Below are positions 49,603 through 62,688 of a stretch of DNA of 64,000 nt, in pieces; positions within the stretch are counted from its first letter, which is position 1, and every line of letters starts with the position of its first letter. Origin of the DNA: Octopus vulgaris (taxonomy: Eukaryota); the NCBI GenBank assembly GCA_951406725.2, contig OX597820.1, positions 18,290,001-18,354,000 on the forward strand. The letters are read 5' to 3'. Under the pieces are notes generated by a model, which did not search any database, had not been told where the DNA came from, and saw only the letters and a list, made by a program, of their open reading frames with translations. Position numbers and translations under genes: made by a program.

Positions 49603-50074
49603 GATTTGATTTAAACTCAGGTTTGGTCATATTCCTTGTAGGATTTATGAGGGTAGTGGGTTATTACCTGTAACCTTAGGTATCCACAATCATTCAATAG
49701 TCTTTCAAGTGCTCAAAACCCTTCTGATAATCTTTCCTGTCCCTAAGAGGCAAACCTTCTGTAGAAGCTCTACGGAACATTCTATTCCAATCTCCTTCAA
49801 CTATTTGTCTAGATCGCATTATTCACTGATCGTAATGCACCAATTATTACAGGCACGACCTTTACAGTTTTCGTACTCCAAATTCTTCTTTGCATTAATA
49901 TTATCATTATCATTATTTCATCATCATTATCGTCGTCATTATCATCGTTGTTGTTGCTGCTGCTACTGCTATTTGTTTGTTTGTTTGTTTGTTGAGCGAA
50001 ACGGTCTTCGTCCCATTAGTGGGAGAAGTCCAAAATGTGGTCCTTTGCTATTCGTAAGTTGCGTAGGAAGCCGG

Positions 50075-50273
50075 GAACAAGAAACAGGAAGAAAGAGTGA
50101 GAGAAAGTTGGGGCGAAAGAGTACAACAGGGATCACCACCACCCCCTGCCGGAGCTTCATGGAGCTTTAGGTGTTTTCGCCCAATAAACACACACAACGC
50201 CCGACCTAGAAATCGAAACCGCGATCCTCCGGCCGTGAGTCCACTACCCTAACCACTAAGCCATTGCGCCTCC
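50075..50273 (-). mobile_element. Family-C SINE 5' part
   Basis: Reverse complement of the C head and body. Confidence 0.82.
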
Positions 50274-50981
50274 ACTTGCTGCTGCTGCTGCTGCCGCTAC
50301 TGTATTGTTGTTGTTGTAATAGACGGTGTTTCGGTAAAATGATTGACAACAAGTGACAGGAATCTACTATGTAGGAAAGGATTCATTTAGCTACGCTCTT
50401 TCACAAGAAGCCTATGGTTTTTGTGCCAATGAGAGAAATCAATATTTATTTATTACAGCACCTATAAGCTATTGCATGATGGGAAATTTTTATTTATTTT
50501 TTATTTATTCATTTTTTTTCTTGTTTTGCTTATTTTTTAAATGTCTCTAATAAAAACTCAAGTTATTTCGGGTTGATAATATTTAGACAACATATTCAAC
50601 ACAAATATATACTAGGAATAATTTAATTTCCTAACAAATATTTTTTTTTTATTTTCTTTGTAATTATTTTCTTCTAATGAGAAAACACAGGAAAATAATA
50701 TAATGGAAAAGATTAAATTAAAAAACAAATTCACAAAACACGCAAAAATTTTTTTTTTTTAAATATATATTTGAATCACTTTATGTATTTTTATATTAAC
50801 CATTTTATAAATATGAAATATATTAAAAACAAAAAACAAAGTATTTTTTCATTGTTTTTAATTTTTTGTGTTTATTCTAATTTTTCATTGATTTATTATC
50901 TTCAATTTTATTTTTTTTTATATATGTTTTATCTTGTGTTATTATTATCGCTTGTTTATTGTTAAGTAAGAGCCCAAGTAA

Positions 50982-51451
<470 letters not shown>

Positions 51452-51452
<1 letters not shown>

Positions 51453-51620
51453 TCCTTTCTACTCTAAGCACAAGGTTTGAAATTTGGTGGGAGTGGGGAG
51501 GCCAATCGATTATATTGACCCCAGTACACAACAGGTACTTAATTTAAAGACCCTGAAAGGATGAAAGGCAAAGTAGACCTCAGCGGAATTTGAACTCAGA
51601 ACATAAAGACAGAGGAAATA
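51452..51620 (-). mobile_element. Family-A SINE
   Basis: Reverse consensus. Confidence 0.8.
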
Positions 51621-51625
51621 CTGCT

Positions 51626-52180
51626 ACTGATGCAGTACCAGGCAGTGGCTCTCATGGCTTCCGAGCTTAACTGATTGGAAGTGTTATCATGTACATTGTT
51701 TTGTCTTGGTATAAAAGATGGGCTACAGCAAATATTCTGCTCAATACCACAGATTTGCTTGTCAGTTGTCTGACCATAACCAGTTGAGCATGTCCCTGAG
51801 TGGCTGACGATATGTGCATCTCTGATCACGAGCAGAAGTAGTGGGGGAGCATCATAGCCATGTGTTGAGAAGGATTCTTTGGGGTTTGAATAATTCACCT
51901 CTGGAAACATGGGTGTTTCGTTCAACGTCCTTAAACAACCCTTATTCAGGGACCTTTTGAGCGGGATGGGTTACTCGATCTGAAGAAAATTCTAACTGGG
52001 CTCCACCTGCAAGGTCATGTGCTGTTTATCTTGATATGAGATCACCATGTCACGCACATATGGTTGTGATGCATGAGCCTGGTGTACCCTTATCAGACGG
52101 GTAGTCATGATGGGTATACTGGGCTTCGTATATTTTACCCCAGTGTCACTTCGATGGCATGCTCTGCTCGCTCACTCAAT
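51626..52180 (+). mobile_element. ~550-nt non-coding element ending in (TAA)n (family F); second copy at 59949-60500
   Basis: CTGATGCAGTACCAGGC..GGCTCTCATGGC ... GATGGCATGC.CTGCTC.CTCACTCAAT(AAT)n in both copies, colinear with high identity. Confidence 0.8.
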
Positions 52181-52207
52181 AATAATAATAATAATAATAA
52201 AGGAATG

Positions 52208-52288
<81 letters not shown>

Positions 52289-52292
<4 letters not shown>

Positions 52293-52925
52293 AAAGAAAT
52301 ATAACAAGTAACTGCAGAATATGTGGAGATGGACAAGAAACAATAAATCATATTATCTCTGGCTGCCCAGTCCTGGCTAAGAAGGAATATATTCACAGAC
52401 ATGACAGAGTTGGAACCTACATACACTGGAAGCTATGCCAACATTATGGAATAACAACAGAAAGAAGATGGTATAGGCACACACCAGAAAAGGTCACAGA
52501 AAATGAGAAAGCAACCATACTCTGGGATATGCCGATACACACAGATAGAGAAATTAAGGCCAACAAACCAGATATAGTTGTCAGAGATCATGAAGAAAAA
52601 AATGCTTTCTAATTGATGTATCAATACCGGCAGATGACAATGTGTCTCTAAAAGAAATGGAGAAACTTTCAAAATACAAAGACCTGGAAATAAAGGTAAC
52701 CAGAATGTGGAATCTAAAAACAGAAAAAAATGCTTTCTAATTGATGTATCAATACAAACACATATAACATACAGAAAATTGCACTACTAGGCACTGCACA
52801 CATCCTACGCAGAACACTTTCCATACAATAACCATCAGAGCATCACAACAAATCACATCACATACCCAAGGCACACAGAGCTGCGCTCGGTAGTGAAGTG
52901 AAAGCACACTATAAAAATAAAACTA

Positions 52926-52930
<5 letters not shown>
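52289..52930 (+). pseudogene. R4/Dong-clade non-LTR retrotransposon, 5'-truncated (zinc knuckle + restriction-like endonuclease + 3' UTR), subfamily 1
   Basis: CRICGDGQETINHIISGC (CCHC), RHD, KPDIVV..FLIDVSIP..KEMEKLSKY (PD-D/ExK RLE), IQKIALLGTAHILRR. Frameshift in the A-run near 52600. Flanked both sides by (TAA)n. Confidence 0.92.
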
Positions 52931-53001
<71 letters not shown>

Positions 53002-53034
53002 GTAATAAAGGAATGATAATAATAATAATAATAA

Positions 53035-53333
53035 AGAAATGATAAAAAAATGGTACTGAAACCTATTTGAAAATGATACAAGGCTTACCATCCCTACAGG
53101 AAGTGCAAAAAATCATGTTAAATGGAACGGCTCATGTACTGAGAAGAGCATAATTTCTGTGAAAACAACACCCATCCATGAATTTATTTACTTATTAATT
53201 TTTTTAAATACATATTTTACCTGTGAATTTGCGTGTGTAATCTAGGAATGCATACAATGAGCTTCTCTGCCCTAGGTGTACGGAAAACACCCGGCAAGAA
53301 ATGGAAGAAAATTTGAAGAAAGACGGAAAAAAG
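53035..53333 (+). pseudogene. R4/Dong-clade 3' end, subfamily 2
   Basis: ..YLKMIQGLPSLQEVQKIMLNGTAHVLRRA* plus a distinct 3' UTR; between (TAA)n tracts. Confidence 0.78.
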
Positions 53334-53347
53334 TAATAATAATAGTA

Positions 53348-53411
<64 letters not shown>

Positions 53412-53421
53412 TTATAATAAT

Positions 53422-53706
53422 AAAGCAACCATACTCTGGGATATGCCGATACACACAGATAGAGAAATTAAGGCCAACAAACCAGATATAGTTGTCAGAG
53501 ATCATGAAGAAAAAAAATGCTTTCTAATTGATGTATCAATACCGGCAGATGACAACGTGTCTCTAAAAGAAATGGAGAAACTCTCAAAATACAAAGACCT
53601 GGAAATAGAGGTAACTAGAATGTGGAATCTGAAAACAGAAACAATTCCTATCATAGTAGGTGCATTAGGCATGATAAAAAAATATTCAGACAAATACATA
53701 AAACTA

Positions 53707-53711
<5 letters not shown>
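53422..53711 (+). pseudogene. R4/Dong-clade fragment, subfamily 1 (RLE domain fused to the extreme 3' end)
   Basis: KATILWDMPIHTDREIKANKPDIVV..IDVSIP..KYKDLEIEVTRMW..IPIIVGALG, near-identical to 52508-52725, joined to terminal ATAAAACTACTGAATAA. Confidence 0.88.
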
Positions 53712-53781
<70 letters not shown>

Positions 53782-53788
53782 AATGATA

Positions 53789-53849
<61 letters not shown>

Positions 53850-53857
53850 TAATAATG

Positions 53858-53918
<61 letters not shown>

Positions 53919-53977
53919 TAATAATAATAATAATAATAATAATGATAATAATGATAATAATAATAATAATAATAATG

Positions 53978-54016
<39 letters not shown>

Positions 54017-54019
<3 letters not shown>

Positions 54020-54276
54020 GCAGAAATTCAAAAGATAGTGCTCATGGGAACTGCTCATATCCTACGCAAAATACTTTCTATGTAATCTCAAGTTTTAAAA
54101 CAAACATAATTTTCGTATGGTTTTTTAGGCATTCACTAGTACAACACTAAGTACAAAACGAAATATATGGCACCCTAGGCATAACACCAACACAAACTTC
54201 CAACCTGTTGTCTCTTGAGGTCTCTGTGTGAGACTTGGGGCCAGCTTGTGCAAATGTAAAGCAAAAGTCAAACATG

Positions 54277-54280
<4 letters not shown>
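54017..54280 (+). pseudogene. R4/Dong-clade 3' end, subfamily 3
   Basis: MAEIQKIVLMGTAHILRKILSM* and a 3' UTR matching 55773-56038. Confidence 0.85.
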
Positions 54281-54327
<47 letters not shown>

Positions 54328-54344
54328 TAATAATCATCATCATC

Positions 54345-54391
<47 letters not shown>

Positions 54392-54440
54392 TATAATGAT
54401 AATAATAATAATAATAATAATAACAATAATAATCATCATC

Positions 54441-54492
<52 letters not shown>

Positions 54493-54500
54493 TAATAATC

Positions 54501-54532
<32 letters not shown>

Positions 54533-54552
54533 TATAATGATAATAATAATAA

Positions 54553-54755
54553 TGGTTTCAAACTTTTGGCACATGGCCAGCAATTTTGTCGGGAGGGATT
54601 ATGTCGATTACATTGATTCTAGTGCTCAATTAGTACTTATTTTATTGAGCCCCTCCCCCAAAGGATGAAAAGCAAAGTGATATTTGAACTCAGAATGCGA
54701 AGACAGATAAAATGTCACTGAGCATTTTGTCCAGCATGCTAACAATTCTGCCTTA
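54553..54755 (-). mobile_element. Family-A SINE (degenerate)
   Basis: Reverse consensus. Confidence 0.72.
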
Positions 54756-54852
54756 AATAACAACAACAACAACAACAACAATAACGATGATGATGATGAT
54801 TATGATGATGATAGTGATAATAATGATAATAATGATAATCATGATAATCATG

Positions 54853-54916
<64 letters not shown>

Positions 54917-54920
54917 TAAT

Positions 54921-56035
54921 AAGGAAAGGAAAGCAAAGGAATATCTAATTGAATTCCGAATAAAGCAAATTTCGGAATTAGAGATAGTCATACAAGAAAC
55001 AAGCACAGAAAAAGCTAAGCGCATGAAAACCCGTGCTAAAACTGCGGCCTTAGGTATTCTGAATGATAAATGGCATGAAAAACCTCTCTATGGCAAATAC
55101 TCAAAGAGAGCAAATAATGCAGATGTTGACAAAGCCCTGAACCATCAACGGCTAATGGCCTCTGGCTTAAAATCTGAAACAGAGGGGTTTATCATAGCAG
55201 CTCATAATCAATGCCTACCAACAAGAAACTACCAGGCCAACATGTTGGGCTTCTGCCAAAAAGAACGGCAGTAGCCCAACATGTCGTGTATGTTGACAAC
55301 AAAATGAAACCATTGATCATGTTGTCTCCAAGTGCAGTCTTCTAGCGCCTACAGAGTATCTCAACAGGCATGATAGAGCTGCACAATATATTCACTGGGT
55401 AATTTGCAAAAACCTGGATTTGCCCCATGAAAAAAACTGGTGGGAACACAAACCACCTCCAGTGCTTGAAAATGACCACATCTCACTCCTCTGGAACTTC
55501 ACCATTCAAACTGACAGAAAGATAGATGCAAATAGGCCAGACATCATATTCAGACAAAGAACATGCCTCCTCATTGATATGACTGTCCCAATCGATATAA
55601 ACGTATCTGACAAGACCTACCAAAAACTGAGCAAATATAAAGATCTTGAAATAGAAATCAGCAAAATGTGGAACCTGAAGACTAAAACAATACCTGTAGT
55701 CATAGGTGCTCTCTGGGAATGATAACAAAATGGGCTGATTGCTACCTAACTCAGATACCAGGAAACCCCAAAATGACAGAAATTCAAAAGATAGTGCTCA
55801 TGGGAACTGCTCATATCCTACGCAAAATACTTTCTATGTAATCTCAAGGTTTAAAACAGACATAATTTTTTTTTGTTGTTTTTTTTAGACATTCACTAGT
55901 ACAACACCAAAAAACCCCCAATTATATGGCACACTAGGCATAACAACAATGTGAACTTCCAACCTGTTGTCTCTTGAGGTCTCTGGTTGAGACTTGGAGT
56001 CAACTTGTACAAATATAAGGCAAAAGTCAAACATA

Positions 56036-56038
<3 letters not shown>
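54921..56038 (+). pseudogene. R4/Dong-clade retrotransposon, 5'-truncated ~1.1 kb, subfamily 3
   Basis: KWHEKPLYGKY, GLKSETEGFIIAAHNQCLPTRNY, CRVC..QNETIDHVVSKC, YLNRHD, ANRPDII..LLIDMTVP..KLSKYKDL, IPVVIGAL, EIQKIVLMGTAHILRK. Stops and frameshifts present. Flanked by (TAA)n. Confidence 0.92.
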
Positions 56039-56095
<57 letters not shown>

Positions 56096-56119
56096 TAATA
56101 ATAATAATAATAATAATGA

Positions 56120-56208
56120 TACTGGTGTTTTTATTCACAGTGAGTTCCTTTGCCCTAGGTGTCAGGAAAACACTTGGCAAGAAATGGAAACAAAATTGAA
56201 AGAAGATG
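56120..56208 (+). mobile_element. R4/Dong-clade extreme 3' UTR, related to subfamily 2
   Basis: TGCCCTAGGTGTCAGGAAAACACTTGGCAAGAAATGGAA matches 53268-53306. Confidence 0.7.
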
Positions 56209-56298
56209 GTAGTAATGATGATGATGATGATGATGATGATAATAATAATAATAACAACAACAACAACAACAACAATAATAATAATAATAATAATAATA

Positions 56299-56512
56299 AT
56301 CCTTTCTACTGGAGGCACAAGGCCTCAAATTTGGTGAGAGGGGACTAGTCAATTACATCAACCCCAGTTTTTCACAGGTACTTAACTTAACGACCCCAAA
56401 AGGATGAAAGGCAAAATCAACCTCAGTAGAATTTGAACTCAGAATGTAGTGACAGACGAAATACCGCAAAACATTTAACCAGTGTGCTAATGATTCTGCC
56501 AGCTTGCTGCCT
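56299..56512 (-). mobile_element. Family-A SINE
   Basis: Reverse consensus with an (AAT)n tail. Confidence 0.82.
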
Positions 56513-56539
56513 AAATGATAATAATAATGGTAACAATAA

Positions 56540-56914
56540 TAACAAGAGCACTCAGAGGGCACAAAACTCCACCAAGGAAACACCATCATCTTCTCAAATA
56601 TTAGCCAGAGATGATTTTTTAAATGAGAATATCTGAAATAAACTCAACTGCTCTCACAAATGAGAATACTAAAAATGACCCTGACCGCTCTCAAAAATTA
56701 AGTAAAAAAATAGGAAAAATAATACAGAATCCTTGTCTGGTACCAGATCGATCCCAAAATCTAATCAGTTTGTGCCAGTCATGAGGCCAAACATCCCTGA
56801 AAGTTTTATGCAAATCCATCTAGTAGTTCTTGAGATATCTTGTCCATGTACAAACAAAGTAAAAAAACACGACTGAAAACAATACCTCTGCCTTTGCTAA
56901 GGCGGAGGTTATAA
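56540..56914. mobile_element. Helentron/DINE-like non-autonomous element
   Basis: Starts AACAAGAGCACTCAGAG. Ends with hairpin ACCTCTGCC-TTTGCTAA-GGCGGAGGT followed by an A/T run. Internal CTCCACCAAGG echoes the hairpin arm. Confidence 0.5.
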
Positions 56915-57927
56915 TCAAACGTGAATCAAAGTTTGTAGAATTTAAGAGGAGCAAGTAATTACCATGGCAACATGTTTTTTTTTCTTCTTTTTGTTACCAG
57001 ACTGATGAGTTCCATCTGTTTAAATGATACTTAGAATTTCTGAAAGTGGGAAATACTTCAAAGTGCACTGACAAGACACAATAGTGGAAGGGAGTAAATA
57101 AACAATGAAACAAACAAGCTCCTGGCTGCTGGTAGAAGCTTTAGAGAAATACATATTGAGTTTCGTAAAGATTCAAGGACAAAAGCTTTCATAGTTTAGC
57201 AGCTGACTAACATTTCCAGTATCATATAAATAGGAGCAATTGTGATACCATACGTAATATAATTTTTTCTTTTTCTTCAGTATAATTTCTGGAATGAGAA
57301 AATAAAAATGCTAATTTGCATAGTAAGATTCAGAGTATTGATGTATTTTAATATGCAAATTCTCTTAATGGAAATTTTGCTAATTAGATTAAACTCAAGT
57401 ATTGAATGAAAACTGGATGGTGTTAACATCTGTGTATATAATTAAAGCGTGTTTCACAAATTTTCAATGCTTCTTCACTGTAATTATTTATATCCATTGC
57501 TTGAAGAGCCATCCAATATACATACAATAAGTTTGCAGCAGAATAATATCCATGTCTGTTATATAATATAAATGCTACATGCCAAAGGTTCTCCACATGG
57601 GCAGTACCATCTCCAAAGGAGGCACTGTGGATGTTAGGCTACAGTGGATAATAAGGGGGGCAGTGAGGTAACATAATTAACATATTAAATTTTACCTATA
57701 GTAGTAATTAATTATATTATACATGATAAAACTAGTAATGGTTATTAAAATAAAATGAGATCTCATCAGGCACAGGGAAGTCGTTAACTTGAATTGTTTT
57801 AAAGTAAATTCAAAAAATTTTGTCGTTATTAATTTTTTTTATTATTTCGCTGTTAAAAGCTTAAACAACCCATTTTTAGAGTAAAATTTAGAAATTACCA
57901 TCCATGTTATGTCAGTTTATTTGTGAT

Positions 57928-58380
57928 GAAGGAAAGAAGGAAGGATGGCAAGAAGGAAGGCAGGCAGGCAGGCAGGAAGGAAGGAAGGAAGGAAGGAAGG
58001 AAGGAAGGAAGGAAGGAAGGAAGGAAGGAAGGAAGGAAGGAATCATGGCATGAAGGAAGGAAGGATGGCAGGAAAGAAAGAAGGAAGGATGGCAAGAAGG
58101 AAAGAAAGAAGGAAGGAAGGAAGAAAGGATGACAGAAAGGAAGGAAGGAAAGATGGCAGGAAGGAGGGAAGGAAGGATGGCAGGAAGGAAGGGAAGAAAG
58201 GAGGGAGGAAGGATGGAAGGAAAGAAAGAATGAAAGAAGGAAGGAAAGAAGGAACAAAGAATGGTAGGAAAGAAGGAAGGAACGGAGGAACGAAGGATAG
58301 CAGGAAAAAGGAAGAATGGCAGGAAGGCAGGAAGGCAGGAAAGAAGGAATGAAAGAAGGAACGAAGGAAGGAAGATAGAA
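57928..58380. repeat. (GGAA)n tetranucleotide microsatellite
   Basis: Directly visible. Confidence 0.93.
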
Positions 58381-58571
58381 AGCAGTCTCCCCACTAGGCA
58401 CAGTTACCCTCCCCCAGTTAAATCGCCCCCGCCCCCGAATACAAATATCATCATCAAACCCTTGAAATTACTGTCTCAAGTCCTAAGGCTTATAGGGCTG
58501 GTTACTTGGTTTCCACAGTGTAAAAGTGAGCAAGATCACAACATTTACCCCTGGTTGGGACACAATTCCAT

Positions 58572-58948
58572 CGTGGTACTCTGTTGGTTACGATGACAAG
58601 GGTTCCAGTTGATCTGATCAACGGAACAGCCTTGCTCGTGGAATTAATGTGCAGGTGGCTGAGCACTCCACAGACATATGTACCCTTAACGTAGTTCTCA
58701 AAGAGATTTAGCGTGACACAGAGTGTGACAAGGCTGGCCCTTTGAAATCCAGGTACAACAGAAACAGGAAAAAAGAGTGAGAGAAAGTTGTGGTGAAAAA
58801 GTACAGCAGGGTTCGTCATCACTCCCTGCTGGAGCCTCGTGGAGCTTTAGGTGTTTTCGCTCAATAAACACTCACATGTCTGGGAATCGAAACCACGATC
58901 TTATGATTGCGAGTCCACTGCCCTAACCACTAGGCCATTGTGCCTCCA
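58572..58948 (-). mobile_element. Family-C SINE, full length
   Basis: Reverse: GGAGGCACAATGGCCTAGTGG ... GGTTTCGATTCCC ... GAACTACGTTAAGGGTAC ... ACTGGAACCCTTGTCATCGTAACC. Confidence 0.86.
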
Positions 58949-59899
58949 CGTTGCTTATATACTGGTGAATGGATTCACGCAACAAAAGAAAGTATTTTGC
59001 TTCAGAACAAAATGCTTAAGAATAAAATGTCTAGAAATTGAAGCCATGCTCACAAGATTGTTTGATCTAACACTGTAACCACCAGCTCACCTGTCTTCCA
59101 TCATTCAAAAAATTAGCAAGGTGGGAAAAAAAGAAGAAATCAACTACAGGTAAAATTATCCCCCCCCCCCAATATGCAAATGAGTACAAACGAATACAAT
59201 AATTTTCTCTTGCTCATCTTACCTGTTAATTAAGGTGATGCACCAAAACGGAAACAACCCTTGCTATATCATTGTTACCAACAACCCCATCGTTATCATG
59301 ATCCTCATCTTATTGTGGCCTCCCTATTCTATTCTCTAAGGGTTCAGTCCTGTTTATCAGAAAAGCCCCTCTTGTGTGGCACTCCAAGGCAATTTGACTG
59401 TAACTCTAGCAATTCACTTCACCAACCACATTTATTTCTACATTTCTTCTTTGCACTCACAATCACGAGGTCTTGGGTTCAAGTCCTCGACTGAGCTGAG
59501 AATTGTACCATTGAGCAAGGCACTTCATTTCACATTGCTCCAGCCCACTCAGCTCAAAATGAGAGGTGCACACTTCAGTGGCCAGCTGGTGCATCTTTTT
59601 TCTCTCTCCAGGTGTCTTATCCTTCCTGATCTGCTGAGTCAAGCATGAAAGGGACCAAAAGGTGTCCAAGTATATGTGTAACTACTCAGACACCTACAAG
59701 CGAAAGTATGGTACAGTGGAACCTCGCAGAATGAGTACACCATTGTATGAGTAATTTGCTGTACGAGCCGAGACACGTGCAAATTTCTTTGTCTTGAAGT
59801 ATGAGTGGAAATCCGCAGTACGAGCACACAAATCATCCCATTCTTAAGGTAATTCCTAGTTCAATTCCAGGCAGTGACCTGAATAATAATAATAATAAT

Positions 59900-59948
<49 letters not shown>

Positions 59949-60500
59949 CCCTGATGCAGTACCAGGCGGTGGCTCTCATGGCTTCTGATCTTAACTGATT
60001 GGAAGTGTTATCATGTACATTGTTTTGTCTTGGTATAAAAGATGGGCTACAGCAAATATTCTGCTCAATACCACAGATTTGCTTGTAAGTTGTTTGACCT
60101 TAACCAGTTGAGCATGTCCCCTAGTGGCTGACGATATGTGCATCTCTGATCATGAGCAGAAGTAGTGGGGGAGCATCATAGCTGTGTGTTGAAAGGAATT
60201 CTTAGAGGTTTGGATAATTCACCTTTGAAAACATGAGTGTTTCGTTCAACATCCTTAAACAATCCTTCAGAGACCTTTTGAGCGGGATGGGCTACTCGAC
60301 CAGAAGAAAATTCTAACTGGGCCCCACCTGCAAGGTCAAGCACTGTTTATCTTAATGTGAGATCATCATGTCACGCACATTTGGTTGTGATGCATGGGCC
60401 TGGTGTACCCTTATCAGACGGATAGTCATGATGGGTATACTGGGCTTCGTATATTTTACCCCAGTGTCACTTTGATGGCATGCACTGCTCTCTCACTCAA
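59949..60500 (+). mobile_element. Family-F element, second copy, embedded in (TAA)n on both sides
   Basis: Colinear with 51626-52180. Confidence 0.82.
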
Positions 60501-60502
60501 TG

Positions 60503-60542
<40 letters not shown>

Positions 60543-60591
60543 CATCGAAAAATAGCTTAGGAATGAGAACCAAAGTTCAAAATTTCCCCAA

Positions 60592-60637
60592 GACACCTGA
60601 TGAAGACTGGAGGGCATATCAGCTGAAACGTTGTGTT
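60592..60637 (+). ncRNA. Minimal hammerhead motif, third copy of the 40.5-40.8 kb family (stem II weakened)
   Basis: GACAC CTGATGA a GACTG-gagggcatat-CAGCT GAAA C-GT T GTGTT. Confidence 0.62.
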
Positions 60638-61223
60638 AACAACAAACAAGACGAGGACAAATATCCATCAAATGTTAATAATGTAAATAATGTTCACTTG
60701 TATATGTTAGGGATTGTTGTGATTATATATATTATTAATACTGAAGGAAAGAAAATGAAGAGAATTGAATGCATGAAAAATTTATTTCTGTGTTAAAAAA
60801 TGTTGAAAAATTTCTTTTAAAAACATTACAATACAAACAAATTGATTATAAGTTTTAAAAGCTCCAGAAGAATTTAAAAACCTACATATGATTCTGTGCT
60901 ATCCCCTAAATAATTAGAAATTCTAAGCATTTCGTTAAATGCTAAGAAAAAAGTCATATTCAAACTACATGGGGTAGAACCTCTTCAGGGTTTTTACGAG
61001 CTTGTAGGGCTTAGGTTATCATTTTCGAAGGATTCATGGAGGGTTTATAGTTGGTTAAAGAATTTAAATGCTATATATAGTAAGTGTATCTAGGTGGTGA
61101 GTTATAAATATTCATGAATAAAGTAAAGTAAAAACTAAATAAAAGTAGAAATAAAGAAGTAAAATAAATTTAAAAAATAGATGGAGATTAAGTAATATAT
61201 ATATGTATGTATGCATGTATGTA

Positions 61224-61596
61224 TCTCTCTATATATAAACGGCAGTTTGTCTGTGTGTGTTTCTGTGTGTTTGTTTGGTTGTACCCTCACCCTGACCATG
61301 GCTTTCAACCGATTCTGATGAAACTTGACACACACATAGCCCAATGTCATAATTCAAAACTAACGCAGCGATAATTTTGAAAAGTTCCCCCAGTTCTGAA
61401 AAAAATCGATAAATTCGACATGGGGTCGAGAATCAGAAACACAAACCACAGACTGTCTAGGGGAGGCAACTCGACCTTTTAACTCTCAAAAAAAAATTTA
61501 CCATAATTTTTTTCCCATTTTTTTGCTATAACTCTCTAAAAATGCTTTATAGTTATTTCCCTTACAAACCCGAGCAACGCCGGGTGATACTGCTAG
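61224..61596 (+). mobile_element. Non-autonomous Helitron
   Basis: 5' TC(TCTCTATATATAAA), subterminal hairpin CCCGAGCAACGCCGGG, 3' CTAG. Inserted between A (61223) and T (61597) without a TSD. Confidence 0.88.
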
Positions 61597-62062
61597 TATG
61601 TAATATTTATCTATTAAAAAATGTATCGTTTCTAAAAAAAGGAAATATATATATATATACAATAAAATATAAATAATTATATAAATAATGATTTAAAGGA
61701 AAGGAAAATAACACTTGAATGTGAGGGAGAATATAACTAATGTAGTGAATAAATGAAGGATAGGTGAGAAAGACAAAGATTATTATACAACGGTTTTATA
61801 AAAATACATAGATTTTGTTTTTTTTTTCTATTGGTTTGTTGATAGATAGAACTGTGGAAAGGTAATGATGAGTAGCAATATGGGGTGGGGTGGGGTGGGG
61901 GGGTAATGTAAATCGAGGATAGGCGAAAATTTGAAAATTTGCCGTTATGAAATGTATCTAGTACAACTTTGCTTATGAATGGTTTTAAAAAGAAATTTTT
62001 CAACATTTTTTTTAACATACAAATAATTTTTTCATAATGCAATTCTCTCCATTCTCCTTCCT

Positions 62063-62109
<47 letters not shown>

Positions 62110-62110
<1 letters not shown>

Positions 62111-62492
62111 CGTAGGAGTGGCTGTGTGATAAGTAGCTTGCTTACCAACCCACATTGTTCTGGATTCAGTCCCACTGTTTGGCATCTTGGGCAAGTGTCT
62201 TCTACTATAGCCTCGGGCTGACCAAAGCCTTCTGAGTGGATTTGGTACACGGAAACTGAAAGAAGCCCATTGTATATACGTTTATATATATGTAAATGTT
62301 TGTTCGCTCACCACCATCGCTTGACAACCGATTTTGGTGTGTTTACTGTTTACATCCCCATAAACACAGCGGTTTGGCAAAAAGGACCGATAGAATAAAT
62401 ACTAGGCTTACAAATAATAAGTCCTGGGGTCAATTTGTTTGACTAAAGGTGTTGCTGCAGCATGGCCACAGTCAAATGAAACAAATAAAAGA
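62110..62492 (+). mobile_element. Family-B SINE
   Basis: GGAGTGGCTGTGTGATAAG ... GCATGGCCACAGTCAAATG. Confidence 0.85.
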
Positions 62493-62500
62493 ATGCATGC

Positions 62501-62544
<44 letters not shown>

Positions 62545-62688
62545 GAATATATATATATGTATATATATATATGTATATATTTCTACACTCTCGGAGTGGT
62601 TGGCGTTAGGAAGGGCATCCAGCTGTAGAAACACTGCCAGATCTGACTGGCCTGGTGCAGCCTTCGGGCTTGCCAGACCCCAGTTGAA

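Noticed and set aside
53443-54150. 235-aa ORF: endonuclease + poly-Asn + C-terminus
   Set aside because: Chance in-frame read-through of two different Dong fragments across (AAT)n; not a gene.
57002-57050. CTGATGA ... GAAA hammerhead-like boxes (also CTGATGA at about 15407, 34927, 45353, 61315 and 63831)
   Set aside because: No consistent stems I-III or cleavage triplet can be formed.
59712-59830. TA-CAGTGGAACCTCG, pogo/Tigger-like TIR start
   Set aside because: No partner TIR or transposase found, so the evidence is too thin to list as a feature.
60950-61000. Minus-strand CTGAAGA followed by a small hairpin
   Set aside because: The GAAA box and stems I and III are missing.
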